Positions 47,583 to 57,102 of a stretch of 64,000 nucleotides of DNA are shown here, one piece after another. Source of the stretch: Akkermansia muciniphila (GTDB taxonomy: Bacteria; Verrucomicrobiota; Verrucomicrobiia; Limisphaerales; BJHT01); the NCBI GenBank assembly GCA_945861535.1, contig CAMAUZ010000031.1, forward strand, positions 9,761 to 73,760, read 5' to 3'. Under the pieces are notes generated by a model. It saw only the letters and a list, made by a program, of their open reading frames with translations, did no database searches and had not been told where the DNA came from. Position numbers and translations under genes: made by a program. Numbering within the stretch: position 1 is the stretch's first letter; every line of letters begins with the position of its first letter.

Positions 47583-48581
47583 ATGACCACCATCGCCTTC
47601 TACGACACCAAAGTTTACGACCGGCAATACTTCGAGCGCGCCGCCGACGCCGGGCGCTTGCGCTGGCGGTTTCATGACTTCCGCCTCACCAGCGAGACCG
47701 CCGCCAGCGTGGCCGGCGCGCAGGCCGTCTGCGTGTTTGTCAACGACCGGCTCGACGCTTTGTGTTTGCAGCAACTGCACCAGGCCGGCGTGCGGCTCGT
47801 GGCGCTGCGCTGCGCGGGCTTCAACAACGTGGACCTCACCGCCGCGCAGGCGCTCGGCCTGACCGTCACGCGCGTGCCCGCCTACTCCCCGCACGCCGTC
47901 GCTGAACACACCGTCGGGCTGCTGCTCACGCTCAACCGCAAGATTCACCGCGCCTACAATCGCGTCCGCGAACACAATTTTTCCTTGAGCGGCCTGGTCG
48001 GCTTCGATCTCTACGGCAAGACCGTCGGCGTCGTGGGCACCGGGAAAATTGGCCGCGTCGCCGCGCAGATTTTTCGCGGCTTCAACACCACGGTGCTCGC
48101 CTACGACCCCGCGCCCGCGCCGGACTGGGCGGGGCAGCACGGCATCCGCTACACCGACCTCGACGCGCTGCTGGCTGCCAGTGATGTCGTGTCCCTGCAC
48201 CTGCCGCTCACGCCGCAATCCCGTTACCTGCTCAACGCGGAAACCTTCGGGCGGATGAAACCCGGCGCGTACCTCATCAACACCAGCCGCGGCAAACTGG
48301 TGGACACCACCGCGCTCATCGCGGCGCTCAAGTGCGGCCGGCTCGGCGGCGTCGCGCTCGATGTTTACGAGGAGGAGGAAGGGCTTTTCTTCGAGGACCA
48401 CTCCGGCGAAGTGCTGCAAGACGACGAACTGTCGCGGTTGCTGACGTTTCCCAACGTGCTCATCACCGCGCACCAGGCCTTTCTCACGCGCGAGGCGCTG
48501 ACCGAGATCGCGCGCGTGACGACGGAAAACCTGTTGCGCGCGGCCACCGGAGACTTTCTGACCGGCACCCGCCTGGCCTGA
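47583..48581 (+). CDS. ldhA: D-lactate dehydrogenase, paralogue 2
   Basis: Track ORF 47451..48581. I chose Met45 (nt 47583), giving MTTIAFYDTKVYDRQYFERA.... It is 332 aa, the same length as the 37441 copy, and by eye roughly three-quarters identical to it. It starts 13 nt after the ATPase stop. Confidence 0.9.
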   Translation: MTTIAFYDTKVYDRQYFERAADAGRLRWRFHDFRLTSETAASVAGAQAVCVFVNDRLDALCLQQLHQAGVRLVALRCAGFNNVDLTAAQALGLTVTRVPAYSPHAVAEHTVGLLLTLNRKIHRAYNRVREHNFSLSGLVGFDLYGKTVGVVGTGKIGRVAAQIFRGFNTTVLAYDPAPAPDWAGQHGIRYTDLDALLAASDVVSLHLPLTPQSRYLLNAETFGRMKPGAYLINTSRGKLVDTTALIAALKCGRLGGVALDVYEEEEGLFFEDHSGEVLQDDELSRLLTFPNVLITAHQAFLTREALTEIARVTTENLLRAATGDFLTGTRLA

Positions 48582-48764
48582 GTTGCCTCCGCGCTGCACC
48601 GCCAGATCGTCCACCTCGCGCCGATGAACCGCATTTGCCACACCGTGCCAATGCCGCTCGCGGATGCTTTCCTCATCGGCCATGTTGCCAGCGTGGTGTT
48701 GTGGGCGGAGGAGATTCCGCAAGTTCGTTGCCCGTCGCCAAGCTCGCCGGGAAGGCACCTTTGA

Positions 48765-51221
48765 ATGAAAACGCCTATGAAACTAACTCCCAAACTGAAA
48801 CGAAACCGGCCGCCCTCGAACGCGCGTCCTGCCCCATCGCAAGCGGCACCCGCGCCGGCGACCGCTGACGATGCTCTCGACCGCTACCTGCGCGCCGTGA
48901 ACTACCTCGCCGCCGCCCAGGTTTATTTGCAGGGCAATGCGCTGCTGGAAAAACCGCTCCGTCCGGAACACATCCGCGAGCGGTTGCTGGGGCATTGGGG
49001 CACTTGTCCGGGCATCAATTTCATTTACACGCACCTGAACCGGCTCATCCGCACGACCGACGCGAGTGTGTTGCTGCTGACCGGTCCGGGGCACGGCGCG
49101 GCGGCTAATCTGGCCAACGCTTATCTCGAAGGCTCGCTTCAGGAAGTGTATCCCGACCTCACGCGCGACCGCGCCGGATTGGAACGGTTCGTCAAACGGT
49201 TCTCCTGGCCGGGCGGTTTTGCGAGCCATCTCAATCCCGAATTGCCCGGCGTCATTCACGAGGGCGGCGAGTTGGGTTACGCGCTGGCGACGGCGTTCGG
49301 CGCGGTGTTCGACAATCCCGACCTGATCGCCGCGTGCATCGTCGGTGATGGCGAGGCGGAGACCGGCCCCACCGCCGGAGCGTGGCACAGCGGGAAATTT
49401 TTGAACCCGGCCACGGATGGCGCGGTGCTGCCCATTCTTCTGCTGAACGGATTCAAAATCGCCAACCCCACGCTGTTCGCTTCGATGACTGATGACGAAT
49501 TGTTCGCGTTGTTCACCGGCAACGGCTGGCAGGCGCGCATCGTCGCGACGGAGGCCCACGCGCATCGCGACATGGCGGCGGCGCTCGACTGGGCTTACGG
49601 CGAGATTCGTTCCCTGCAACACGCGGCCCGCTCCGGCCGCGGGGCGGAGCGTCCTCGCTGGCCCATGATTATTCTGCGCACGCCCAAGGGTTGGACCGGT
49701 CCCGTCACGGTGGATGGCAAGGCGGTGGAAGGTTCCTACCGCGCGCATCAAGTGCCGGCCAAGGAATGCAAAACCAACCCCGCCCATCGCAAGATCATCG
49801 AACGCTGGCTGCGCTCGTATCGGCCCGAAGAACTCTGGGATGAACAAGGCCGCCCGCATGCGGACCTCCTCGCGCTTTGTCCCCAAGGCGACCGGCGCAT
49901 GGCGATGAACCCGCACACCAACGGTGGGAAACTGCGCCGGCCGCTCGACCTGCCGCCGTTGGAAACTTTCGCCGTGGACGCCCGCGGTCGCGGCGAGGTG
50001 CGCGTGAGCGGCATGGAGATGCTCGGCAAATACCTCGCGGAAGTCATCCGCCGGAGCGAACCGCAGCGGCACTTCCGCATCGTGTGCCCGGACGAATTGG
50101 AATCGAACAAGCTCGGCGCGGTGCTCGCGGTGACGCAGCGCCAGTTCGCGTGGCCTGTGCCGCTTCACTCCGAGAACATCGCGCCGTCCGGGGCGGTGCT
50201 CGAAGTGTTGAGCGAGCACAATTGCCAGGGCTGGCTGCAAGGCTACCTCCTCACGGGCCGGCACGGATTGTTTCCCTGCTACGAGGCGTTCATCTCCATC
50301 GTGGACGGCATGATGAACCAGTATGCGAAGTTCATTAAAGCCTCCGGCGAAGTGCCGTGGCGCGCGCCCGTTTCCTCGCTCAATTATCTGCTCACCTCCG
50401 AGACGTGGCGGCAGGAGCACAACGGTTACTCCCATCAAGGGCCGGGCTTCATCAACAATCTGCTCACCAAAAAAGGGCACACCTACCGCATCTACCTGCC
50501 GCCCGACGCGAACACGCTGCTCAGCACCGTCCAGCACTGCCTGCGCTCGACGGGCTACATCAACCTCATCATCGCCGCCAAGCATCCGCTGCCCCAATGG
50601 CTGAGTCCCGCCGAGGCGGACGAACACTGCCGCGTCGGCGCGTCGGTGTGGCGCTGGGCCAGCACGCATGGCGACGAAGAGCCGGAAGTCGTGCTCGCCG
50701 GTTGCGGCGACAATCTCACCGTGGAAGTGATGGCGGCGGCGCAGATTCTCGGCGAAGAAGCGCCTGCCTGGCGCGTGCGCGTCGTCAACGTGACCGACCT
50801 TCATGTGATTGGAATTCCGCAGAAATATCCGCACGGCCTGGAGGAAGACCGCTTCCAACGCCTGTTTCCGCTGGGCTGTCCCGTGGTGTTCAACTTCCAC
50901 GGCTACACCGCCGCCATCAAACAACTGCTGTGGGAGCGGCCCGAGAACGAACGCTTCGACGTGAACGGTTACCGCGAGGAAGGCACGACCACCACGCCGT
51001 TCGACATGCAGGTGCGCAACAAAACGAGCCGCTGGCATCTGGTCATTCTCGCCGCGCAAAAGCTCGCCGCGCGCAACCCGCGCATGGCGGCGCTCGCCGA
51101 GGAACTGATTCGCCGCTACGAACTCAAACTCACCGAGCACCACGCCTACGTGCGGGCCACGAGCATTGACCCGCCGGAAATCCTGAACTGGCGCTGGCAG
51201 GCGCGCCCGGCTGGTAAATGA
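48765..51221 (+). CDS. xfp: Phosphoketolase (xylulose-5-P / fructose-6-P)
   Basis: 818 aa. The sequences LDRYLRAVNYLAAAQVYLQGNALLEKPLRPEHIRERLLGHWGTCPGINFIYTHLNR and EGGELGYALATAFGAVFDNPDLIAACIVGDGEAETG are hallmark phosphoketolase blocks. The alternative start at 48777 cannot be excluded. Confidence 0.95.
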   Translation: MKTPMKLTPKLKRNRPPSNARPAPSQAAPAPATADDALDRYLRAVNYLAAAQVYLQGNALLEKPLRPEHIRERLLGHWGTCPGINFIYTHLNRLIRTTDASVLLLTGPGHGAAANLANAYLEGSLQEVYPDLTRDRAGLERFVKRFSWPGGFASHLNPELPGVIHEGGELGYALATAFGAVFDNPDLIAACIVGDGEAETGPTAGAWHSGKFLNPATDGAVLPILLLNGFKIANPTLFASMTDDELFALFTGNGWQARIVATEAHAHRDMAAALDWAYGEIRSLQHAARSGRGAERPRWPMIILRTPKGWTGPVTVDGKAVEGSYRAHQVPAKECKTNPAHRKIIERWLRSYRPEELWDEQGRPHADLLALCPQGDRRMAMNPHTNGGKLRRPLDLPPLETFAVDARGRGEVRVSGMEMLGKYLAEVIRRSEPQRHFRIVCPDELESNKLGAVLAVTQRQFAWPVPLHSENIAPSGAVLEVLSEHNCQGWLQGYLLTGRHGLFPCYEAFISIVDGMMNQYAKFIKASGEVPWRAPVSSLNYLLTSETWRQEHNGYSHQGPGFINNLLTKKGHTYRIYLPPDANTLLSTVQHCLRSTGYINLIIAAKHPLPQWLSPAEADEHCRVGASVWRWASTHGDEEPEVVLAGCGDNLTVEVMAAAQILGEEAPAWRVRVVNVTDLHVIGIPQKYPHGLEEDRFQRLFPLGCPVVFNFHGYTAAIKQLLWERPENERFDVNGYREEGTTTTPFDMQVRNKTSRWHLVILAAQKLAARNPRMAALAEELIRRYELKLTEHHAYVRATSIDPPEILNWRWQARPAGK

Positions 51222-52429
51222 ACATTCTCGCCGTCAACAGTGGCAGCACCTCGCTCAAGCTCGATTTGATGCAGGTCGAATCGTCCGGCGCCGCGCCGCG
51301 CCGCCTGGTGCGTGGCCGGGTGGAACGCTTCGGGCCGGAGGCGGCGACGGACTTCCAACTCGGTGACGGCGAGCGTTTCCGCAGCTCGAAAAACGTAGCC
51401 GACCATCGAGCGGGCGTGAGTTGGTTCCTCGACAACCTGGCCGCCGCCTCCGGGGGTACGCTGCTGCCCATCGCGGCGGCGGTTCATCGCGTCGTGCATG
51501 GCGGCGCGCGTTTCACCGCGCCGGCGCTGCTGGACGAAGGAGTGCTCGCCGAGTTGGAAGCACTGAGCGAACTGGCCCCGCTGCACAATCCGCCCGCGTT
51601 GACCGCCATCCGCGCCGTGCAGTCCGCGCTCGGAGCGGACGTGCCGATGGTGGCCGTTTTCGACACCGCCTTTCACCGCGCCCTGCCACCGCGCGCCGCA
51701 AACTATCCCTTGCCGCACGAACTCACCGCGCGCCACGGCCTGCGCCGCTTCGGGTTTCACGGCATCGCCCACGACTGCATGCTCCGCCGCTACGCGCAAC
51801 TGGCCGGGGTGCCCATCGAGGAGGCGGTGCTCATCACGTTGCAACTCGGGGGAGGATGTTCCGCGGCGGCGATTCGTGGCGGGCATTCCGTGGACACTTC
51901 GATGGGTTTCACGCCGCTCGAAGGTTTGATGATGGGCACGCGCACGGGCGACCTCGACCCCGGTCTGCTGCTTTATCTCGCGCGCAAAGAGGGCCTGGGC
52001 GTCGCCGATTTGGAGAACCTGCTGAACCAACGTTCTGGTCTGCTCGGCGTTTCCGGCCGGTCAGCGGACCTGCGCGAGGTGTTGGCCGCTGCACCCCATG
52101 ATGCGCGAGCCGCACTCGCCGTGGACATGTTTTGCTACCGGGCGCGGAAGTATATCGGCGCCTATCTCGCCGCGCTCGGTGGCGCGCAAGCCGTCGTGTT
52201 CGGCGGCGGCGTCGGCGAAAATCAGCCGCTCATCCGGCTGCGGATCTGTGAAGGCTTGGACTGGTTCGGACTGGTGCTCGACCCGGCGCGCAATGCGGCG
52301 GCCGCGGGTGTCGAAGGTCGGATCAGTCGTGACGATGCCCGCGTTCAGGCGTGGGTCGTGTCCGTGGATGAAGCCGCGCTCATGGCGGAAGGCGCCGCCG
52401 AATGTCTGCGCGGTAACCATGCAGTCTGA
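51218..52429 (+). CDS. ackA: Acetate kinase
   Basis: 403 aa. The sequences are MNILAVNSGSTSLKLDL...HRVVHGG...FDTAFH...GFHGIAH. An ATGA overlap joins it to xfp. Confidence 0.95.
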   Translation: MNILAVNSGSTSLKLDLMQVESSGAAPRRLVRGRVERFGPEAATDFQLGDGERFRSSKNVADHRAGVSWFLDNLAAASGGTLLPIAAAVHRVVHGGARFTAPALLDEGVLAELEALSELAPLHNPPALTAIRAVQSALGADVPMVAVFDTAFHRALPPRAANYPLPHELTARHGLRRFGFHGIAHDCMLRRYAQLAGVPIEEAVLITLQLGGGCSAAAIRGGHSVDTSMGFTPLEGLMMGTRTGDLDPGLLLYLARKEGLGVADLENLLNQRSGLLGVSGRSADLREVLAAAPHDARAALAVDMFCYRARKYIGAYLAALGGAQAVVFGGGVGENQPLIRLRICEGLDWFGLVLDPARNAAAAGVEGRISRDDARVQAWVVSVDEAALMAEGAAECLRGNHAV

Positions 52430-52672
52430 GCGCGGCGCGTGGGCGTCTCGCCCGCTCAGCGCGGTCAAACCACGGGTGGGAGCACTTTTCCCGACGCGCA
52501 CAAAGGGCACCGAACGGTGAGCCGAAAGCGGCGATTGCGGCCAGCGTTTCCGGCCCGATCCCGCGGTGAGCGGGCGCGACGCCCGCGGTCCAATCACTGC
52601 ATGGTTACGGCTAGGGTTTGACCCCATTGGGATCGCGGGCCTTCCGGTTATCCTCGCTCCAACTGAAATGAC

Positions 52673-52978
52673 ATGACCAACGAATCCATCGCCTGCTTCT
52701 TGATCGCGATCGCCTTGGAGCCGGGGATGCCGCGCGGTCGCGGTTGCCGCGGCGGCTTGGGCGTGCTCGCGGGCGACACGATTCGCTCCGCTGCCGGACC
52801 GCCCGCGCGGTTGAAGGCAATCGCGTCCCGCGCCAGCCGCCGGTCGATCGTCTCGGGCGGCACGGCGCATCCGCGGTCCGACGCGGGCCGGCGCGTCCGC
52901 CAGCACCTCGCGCGCAACGCCTCGCACAGCAACCCCCGGCGGCTGGTTCAGGAATACGTCGCGCAAGCCTGGTCCTGA
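52673..52978 (+). pseudogene. Alpha-glucan (glycogen) phosphorylase remnant: N- and C-terminal ends retained, core deleted
   Basis: IACFLIAIALEPGMP..GGLGVLAGDTIRSAA resembles the conserved N-terminal block (IAYFSMEI.LEPGMPTYSGGLGVLAGDT.RSAAD). The tail SNPRRLVQEYVAQAW resembles the C-terminal F.s.RMv.eYv block. Only 101 codons remain, against roughly 700-850 aa in intact homologues. Confidence 0.5.
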
Positions 52979-53016
52979 CCGTCTCTGCGCCGCAGCCCCC
53001 CAACCCCACCCAACCG

Positions 53017-55965
53017 ATGCCCCAACTCGATCCTCCTCCCAAAAATCCTCCGGCAAAAAAACCGGCGGGCGACGATGTCGCGAAGCGGGCCTACGCCATC
53101 TATGAGAAGGAAGGCCGGCCGCAAGGCCGTGACGTGCAGAATTGGTTGGAAGCCGAAGCCACCGCGCCGCTCGCCGCTGCTGCGCCGTCCGCCGCCACTG
53201 CGCCGCCCGCCGCCACTGCGCCGCCCGCGGGCGAGGCCGCGCCGACCACGGCCACCGAGCAGGCGTGGCATCACTTACCGGCCGATGAATTCGTGAAACT
53301 TCTCGGCGTAGCTCTGTCCGCCGGCTTGTCGGCGGATGAAGTTGCGCGTCGCCAGAAAGAGTCCGGCCCGAACCGCGTCACCGCGCGGCGGGGCACGCCG
53401 GCGTGGAAGAAATTTCTCCAGCAGTTCAACCAGCCGCTCGTTTACATCCTGCTTGTCGCGGTCGCGGTCACGGCAGCCCTCGGCGAGTGGGTGGATGCGT
53501 CGGTCATCTTCGGCATCGTGCTGTTCAATGCCGTCGCCGGCTTCCTCCAGGAATCCAAGGCCGAGACCGCCATCGCGGCGCTCGCCAAGATGGTCGTCAC
53601 CGAGGCGACGGTGCGTCGCGATGGGAAAAAGCTGCGCGCCCCTTCCGAGTCGCTCGTCCCTGGCGATGTCGTGTTGCTGCAATCCGGCGACCGCGTGCCC
53701 GCCGACCTGCGGCTCCTCGACATCCGCAATTTGCAGGTGGACGAATCCGCGCTCACCGGCGAGTCGCTCCCCGTGGCGAAGCAGCCCGACGCGCTGCCGC
53801 CGGAGACCGTCCTCGCCGACCGCAAGAACCTCGCCTTCGCCGGCACCTTCGTCACCAGCGGCCAGGCCGAGGGCGTCGTGTGCGCCATCGGCAACCAGAC
53901 CGAGACCGGCCGCATCGCCGGGCTAATCGCGGGCGCGGTCGAGTTGTCCACGCCGCTCACGAAACAAATCGCGCAGTTCAGCAAGCTTGTGCTCTGGATC
54001 ATTCTGGGACTGGCGGCGGCGACCTTCGCGCTCGGCGTCGCGCGCGGCGAGAAACCGGCCGAGATGTTCATGGCCGCCGTGGCGCTCGCGGTCGGCGCGA
54101 TTCCCGAGGGACTGCCCGCCGCCGTCACCATCGTGCTCGCCATCGGCGTGTCCCGCATGGCGAAGCGGCAGGCCATCATCCGCAAGCTGCCCGCCGTCGA
54201 GACACTCGGCAGCACCACCGTCATCTGCTCGGACAAAACCGGCACGCTCACCGAGAACCAGATGACGGTGCGGGAAATTTTCGCGGGCGGAAAACGCTAC
54301 GAACTCACCGGCGCGGGCTACGAACCGAAGGGCGAACTCCAGCTCGAGGGCGCGGTCGTGAAGTTGCCCGAGCATCCCGCACTCGCCGAGTGCCTGCGGG
54401 CCGGCGTGCTCTGCAACGATTCAAAACTCGGACAGGAGGACGGGCGGCCCAAGGTGCAGGGGGATCCCACCGAGGCCGCGTTGATCGTCGCCGCCGAAAA
54501 GGGCGGGCTGAAACACGACGACCTCGTTCGCGAAGCGCCGCGCGTGGACATGATCCCCTTCGAGTCCGAGCACATGTTCCGCGCCACGCTGCACGAGGCG
54601 GGCGAGGGCCGCGTCATCTATCAGGTCGGCGCGCTCGAAGCGCTGCTCGACCGCTGCACCGACGCTCTTGGCGACAACAACGCGGTCGGCGAACTCGACA
54701 AGGACGCCGTGCATCGCGCCGCCGAGACGATGGCCACGCGCGGCCTCCGCGTGCTGGCCCTCACGCGTCGGCAAGTGGACAAACAGCACGCCAAGCTCGA
54801 GCACGCCCACGTCGCCGAGGCGCTCACGTTTCTCGGCTTGCAAGGCATGATCGATCCGCCGCGCGCCGCCGCCATTGCTGCCATCGGCCAGTTCGCCCGC
54901 GCTGGCATCACCGTGAAAATGATCACGGGCGACCACCTCGTGACCGCCCGCGCCATCGCCGAGCAGATTGGACTGAAGGGCAAAGACGAGCACACGCCGC
55001 TCGTCGCGCTCGCCGGCGGTGAACTGGAGAAAGTTTCCGACGCCGATCTGCCCGACGTGGCCGAGCGCACCGCCGTCTTCGCCCGCGTCGCGCCCGAGCA
55101 GAAACTTCGCCTCGTGCAGGCGCTTCAGTCGCGCGGCCACGTCGTCGCCATGACCGGCGACGGCGTGAACGACGCCCCCGCGCTCAAGCAGGCCGACATC
55201 GGGGTGGCGATGGGCATCAGCGGCACGGACGTGGCGAAAGGCGCGGCCGCGATGATTCTCACCGACGACAACTTCGCCAGCATCGAGGCCGCCGTGGAGG
55301 AAGGCCGCGGCGTGTTCGACAACCTCACCAAGTTCATCGTCTGGATCATCCCGACCAACCTCGGCGAGTCGTTGATGCTGCTGACCGCCATCGTGCTCGG
55401 CCTGCCGCTGCCGTTGCTGCCGCTGCAACTCCTCTGGATCAATCTCACCGACACGCTGCTCGGGCTTTCCCTGGCGTTCGAGCCGAAGGAGGGCGACGTG
55501 ATGAGCCGCCCGCCACGCCCGCCGAAGCAGTCCTTGCTACCGCTGCCGCTCATCCGGCGTGCCGGACTCGTGTCGTTCATCATGGTGGCCGGCGGGTTGG
55601 GCCTGTTCTGGTGGGAAATGCGCGTGGCGCAGACCGGGGAGGCCGTGGCCCGCACGGTGGCCGTGAACGTCATCGTGCTGATCCAGCTCTTTTACCTCTT
55701 CAATTGCCGCTCGCTGCAGCGCACGGCCTTCGCCATCGGGCTGTTCACCAACCGCTGGGTCATTGCCGGTTCGCTGGGCATGGTGGGCGCGCAACTTCTC
55801 TTCACCTACGTGCCGGTGATGAACCGGCTCTTCCACAGCGCGCCGATCTCGGGTTGGGCGTGGCTGCGCATCCTGGGCGTCGCGGCGGTGGTGTATGTCG
55901 CCGTCGAAGTTGAAAAATGGCTTCGCTTCCGGCGGGGTCGCGCCAGCGCCGGCGTGCCCGCGTGA
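53017..55965 (+). CDS. Cation-translocating P-type ATPase (P2/SERCA-like), paralogue 2, with N-terminal DUF2934-like extension
   Basis: Track ORF 52744..55965. I chose Met92 (nt 53017). The N-terminus (DVAKRAYAIYEKEGRPQGRDVQNWLEAEA) matches the DUF2934 pattern. An Ala/Pro linker follows, containing an 18-bp x2 repeat (about 53190-53226). The remainder is an ATPase core collinear with paralogue 1 (CSDKTGTLTENQMTV, MTGDGVNDAPALKQADIGVAMG). Confidence 0.92.
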   Translation: MPQLDPPPKNPPAKKPAGDDVAKRAYAIYEKEGRPQGRDVQNWLEAEATAPLAAAAPSAATAPPAATAPPAGEAAPTTATEQAWHHLPADEFVKLLGVALSAGLSADEVARRQKESGPNRVTARRGTPAWKKFLQQFNQPLVYILLVAVAVTAALGEWVDASVIFGIVLFNAVAGFLQESKAETAIAALAKMVVTEATVRRDGKKLRAPSESLVPGDVVLLQSGDRVPADLRLLDIRNLQVDESALTGESLPVAKQPDALPPETVLADRKNLAFAGTFVTSGQAEGVVCAIGNQTETGRIAGLIAGAVELSTPLTKQIAQFSKLVLWIILGLAAATFALGVARGEKPAEMFMAAVALAVGAIPEGLPAAVTIVLAIGVSRMAKRQAIIRKLPAVETLGSTTVICSDKTGTLTENQMTVREIFAGGKRYELTGAGYEPKGELQLEGAVVKLPEHPALAECLRAGVLCNDSKLGQEDGRPKVQGDPTEAALIVAAEKGGLKHDDLVREAPRVDMIPFESEHMFRATLHEAGEGRVIYQVGALEALLDRCTDALGDNNAVGELDKDAVHRAAETMATRGLRVLALTRRQVDKQHAKLEHAHVAEALTFLGLQGMIDPPRAAAIAAIGQFARAGITVKMITGDHLVTARAIAEQIGLKGKDEHTPLVALAGGELEKVSDADLPDVAERTAVFARVAPEQKLRLVQALQSRGHVVAMTGDGVNDAPALKQADIGVAMGISGTDVAKGAAAMILTDDNFASIEAAVEEGRGVFDNLTKFIVWIIPTNLGESLMLLTAIVLGLPLPLLPLQLLWINLTDTLLGLSLAFEPKEGDVMSRPPRPPKQSLLPLPLIRRAGLVSFIMVAGGLGLFWWEMRVAQTGEAVARTVAVNVIVLIQLFYLFNCRSLQRTAFAIGLFTNRWVIAGSLGMVGAQLLFTYVPVMNRLFHSAPISGWAWLRILGVAAVVYVAVEVEKWLRFRRGRASAGVPA

Positions 55966-56112
55966 CCGGAGCCGCACGGAAGTTCGACGGCGACCAGTCG
56001 CCTGCGCAAAAGCGGTGACGAGGCACCGCACTCCAAAATTGCGCGCCTGCGGCAACCGGCGACCAAGATATGCGCTCGCGCCACGGCGGGGTTTTGGAAT
56101 AGAAGAATCGCC

Positions 56113-57102
56113 ATGCAAGCAACGCCTGCCAAAAAGCCCGGCCACGCCCGGCCCAAAACCGCCGCGCCCGCCGCCGCCGCGGACATTCACTTCCAAAAAC
56201 TGTTCGTCACCACGGACTTTTCGGACGCGGCGCTGGCGGGGGTGCGGTGCGCCGTGGCGCTGGCGAAGCAGCTCGGGCTGGACGCAACGTTGCTCCATGT
56301 CGTCGAGCCGCCGACGCGGCTGGGCGGGATGGAAGCGGTCGCGCTGGCCCGCACGGAGGCCGAGGTCGCGGCGCTGGCGCGGAAGCAACTGGCGGCGCTC
56401 GCCGGGCAGGAGAGCGTCAGCGGCGTGCGGTTGACCGCGAGCGTGCGCACCGGCAAGCCGGTCCACGAAATCACCACGGCGGCCGGCGAAGGCGGGGCGG
56501 ATTTGCTGGTGATGGCGACGCACGGACGCACCGGCTGGCAGCGGGCGTTGCTGGGCAGCACGGCGGAGCGCGTCGTCCGCCACGCGCCTTGTCCGGTGCT
56601 CACGGTGCCGAGCGGGGCCGGGGACACGGGGGCGGGCAAGGTCCGCCCGTTCCAGCTTCAGAAGCTGGTTGTGCCGGTGGATTTCTCGCGGCTCGCGCAG
56701 GCCGCCCTGCCGTGGGCCACGTTTCTCGCGGCGCAGTTCGGTGCCGAACTTGTCCTGCTCAACGTCGTGGAAAAGTTTCCCATCGACTATCTGCTCGGGC
56801 AGGAGCTGACCGCCGACACGCTGGCGCGCCTGCGGACGCAGGCCGCCGCCGAGTTGGAACCGCTGGCCGCGGACCTCGTCAAGGCCACCGGATTGAAGGT
56901 GTCGGTGGTCGTTCGCGACGGCACACCGTACACGGAAATCTGTCAGGCGGCGGAAACGCTGGGCGCGGACCTGATCGTCCTGACCACGCACGGGTACACG
57001 GGCCTGCAACAGGTCTGGCTCGGCAGCACCGCCGAGCGCGTCGTCCGCCACGCATCGTGTCCCGTGCTGACCGTGCGGGAACTGAACCAAAAAAACGTAT
57101 GA
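56113..57102 (+). CDS. Universal stress protein, tandem two-domain
   Basis: 329 aa with two USP units. Each ends in GSTAERVVRHA.CPVLTV, and each contains an ATP-type motif (ATHGRTG / TTHGYTG). Confidence 0.9.
   Translation: MQATPAKKPGHARPKTAAPAAAADIHFQKLFVTTDFSDAALAGVRCAVALAKQLGLDATLLHVVEPPTRLGGMEAVALARTEAEVAALARKQLAALAGQESVSGVRLTASVRTGKPVHEITTAAGEGGADLLVMATHGRTGWQRALLGSTAERVVRHAPCPVLTVPSGAGDTGAGKVRPFQLQKLVVPVDFSRLAQAALPWATFLAAQFGAELVLLNVVEKFPIDYLLGQELTADTLARLRTQAAAELEPLAADLVKATGLKVSVVVRDGTPYTEICQAAETLGADLIVLTTHGYTGLQQVWLGSTAERVVRHASCPVLTVRELNQKNV

Noticed and set aside
52744-53016. N-terminal 91-aa extension of the ATPase-2 ORF.
   Set aside because: The extension overlaps the glgP remnant in another frame and is Arg/Pro-rich. 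The Met at 53017 begins a recognisable DUF2934-like segment.
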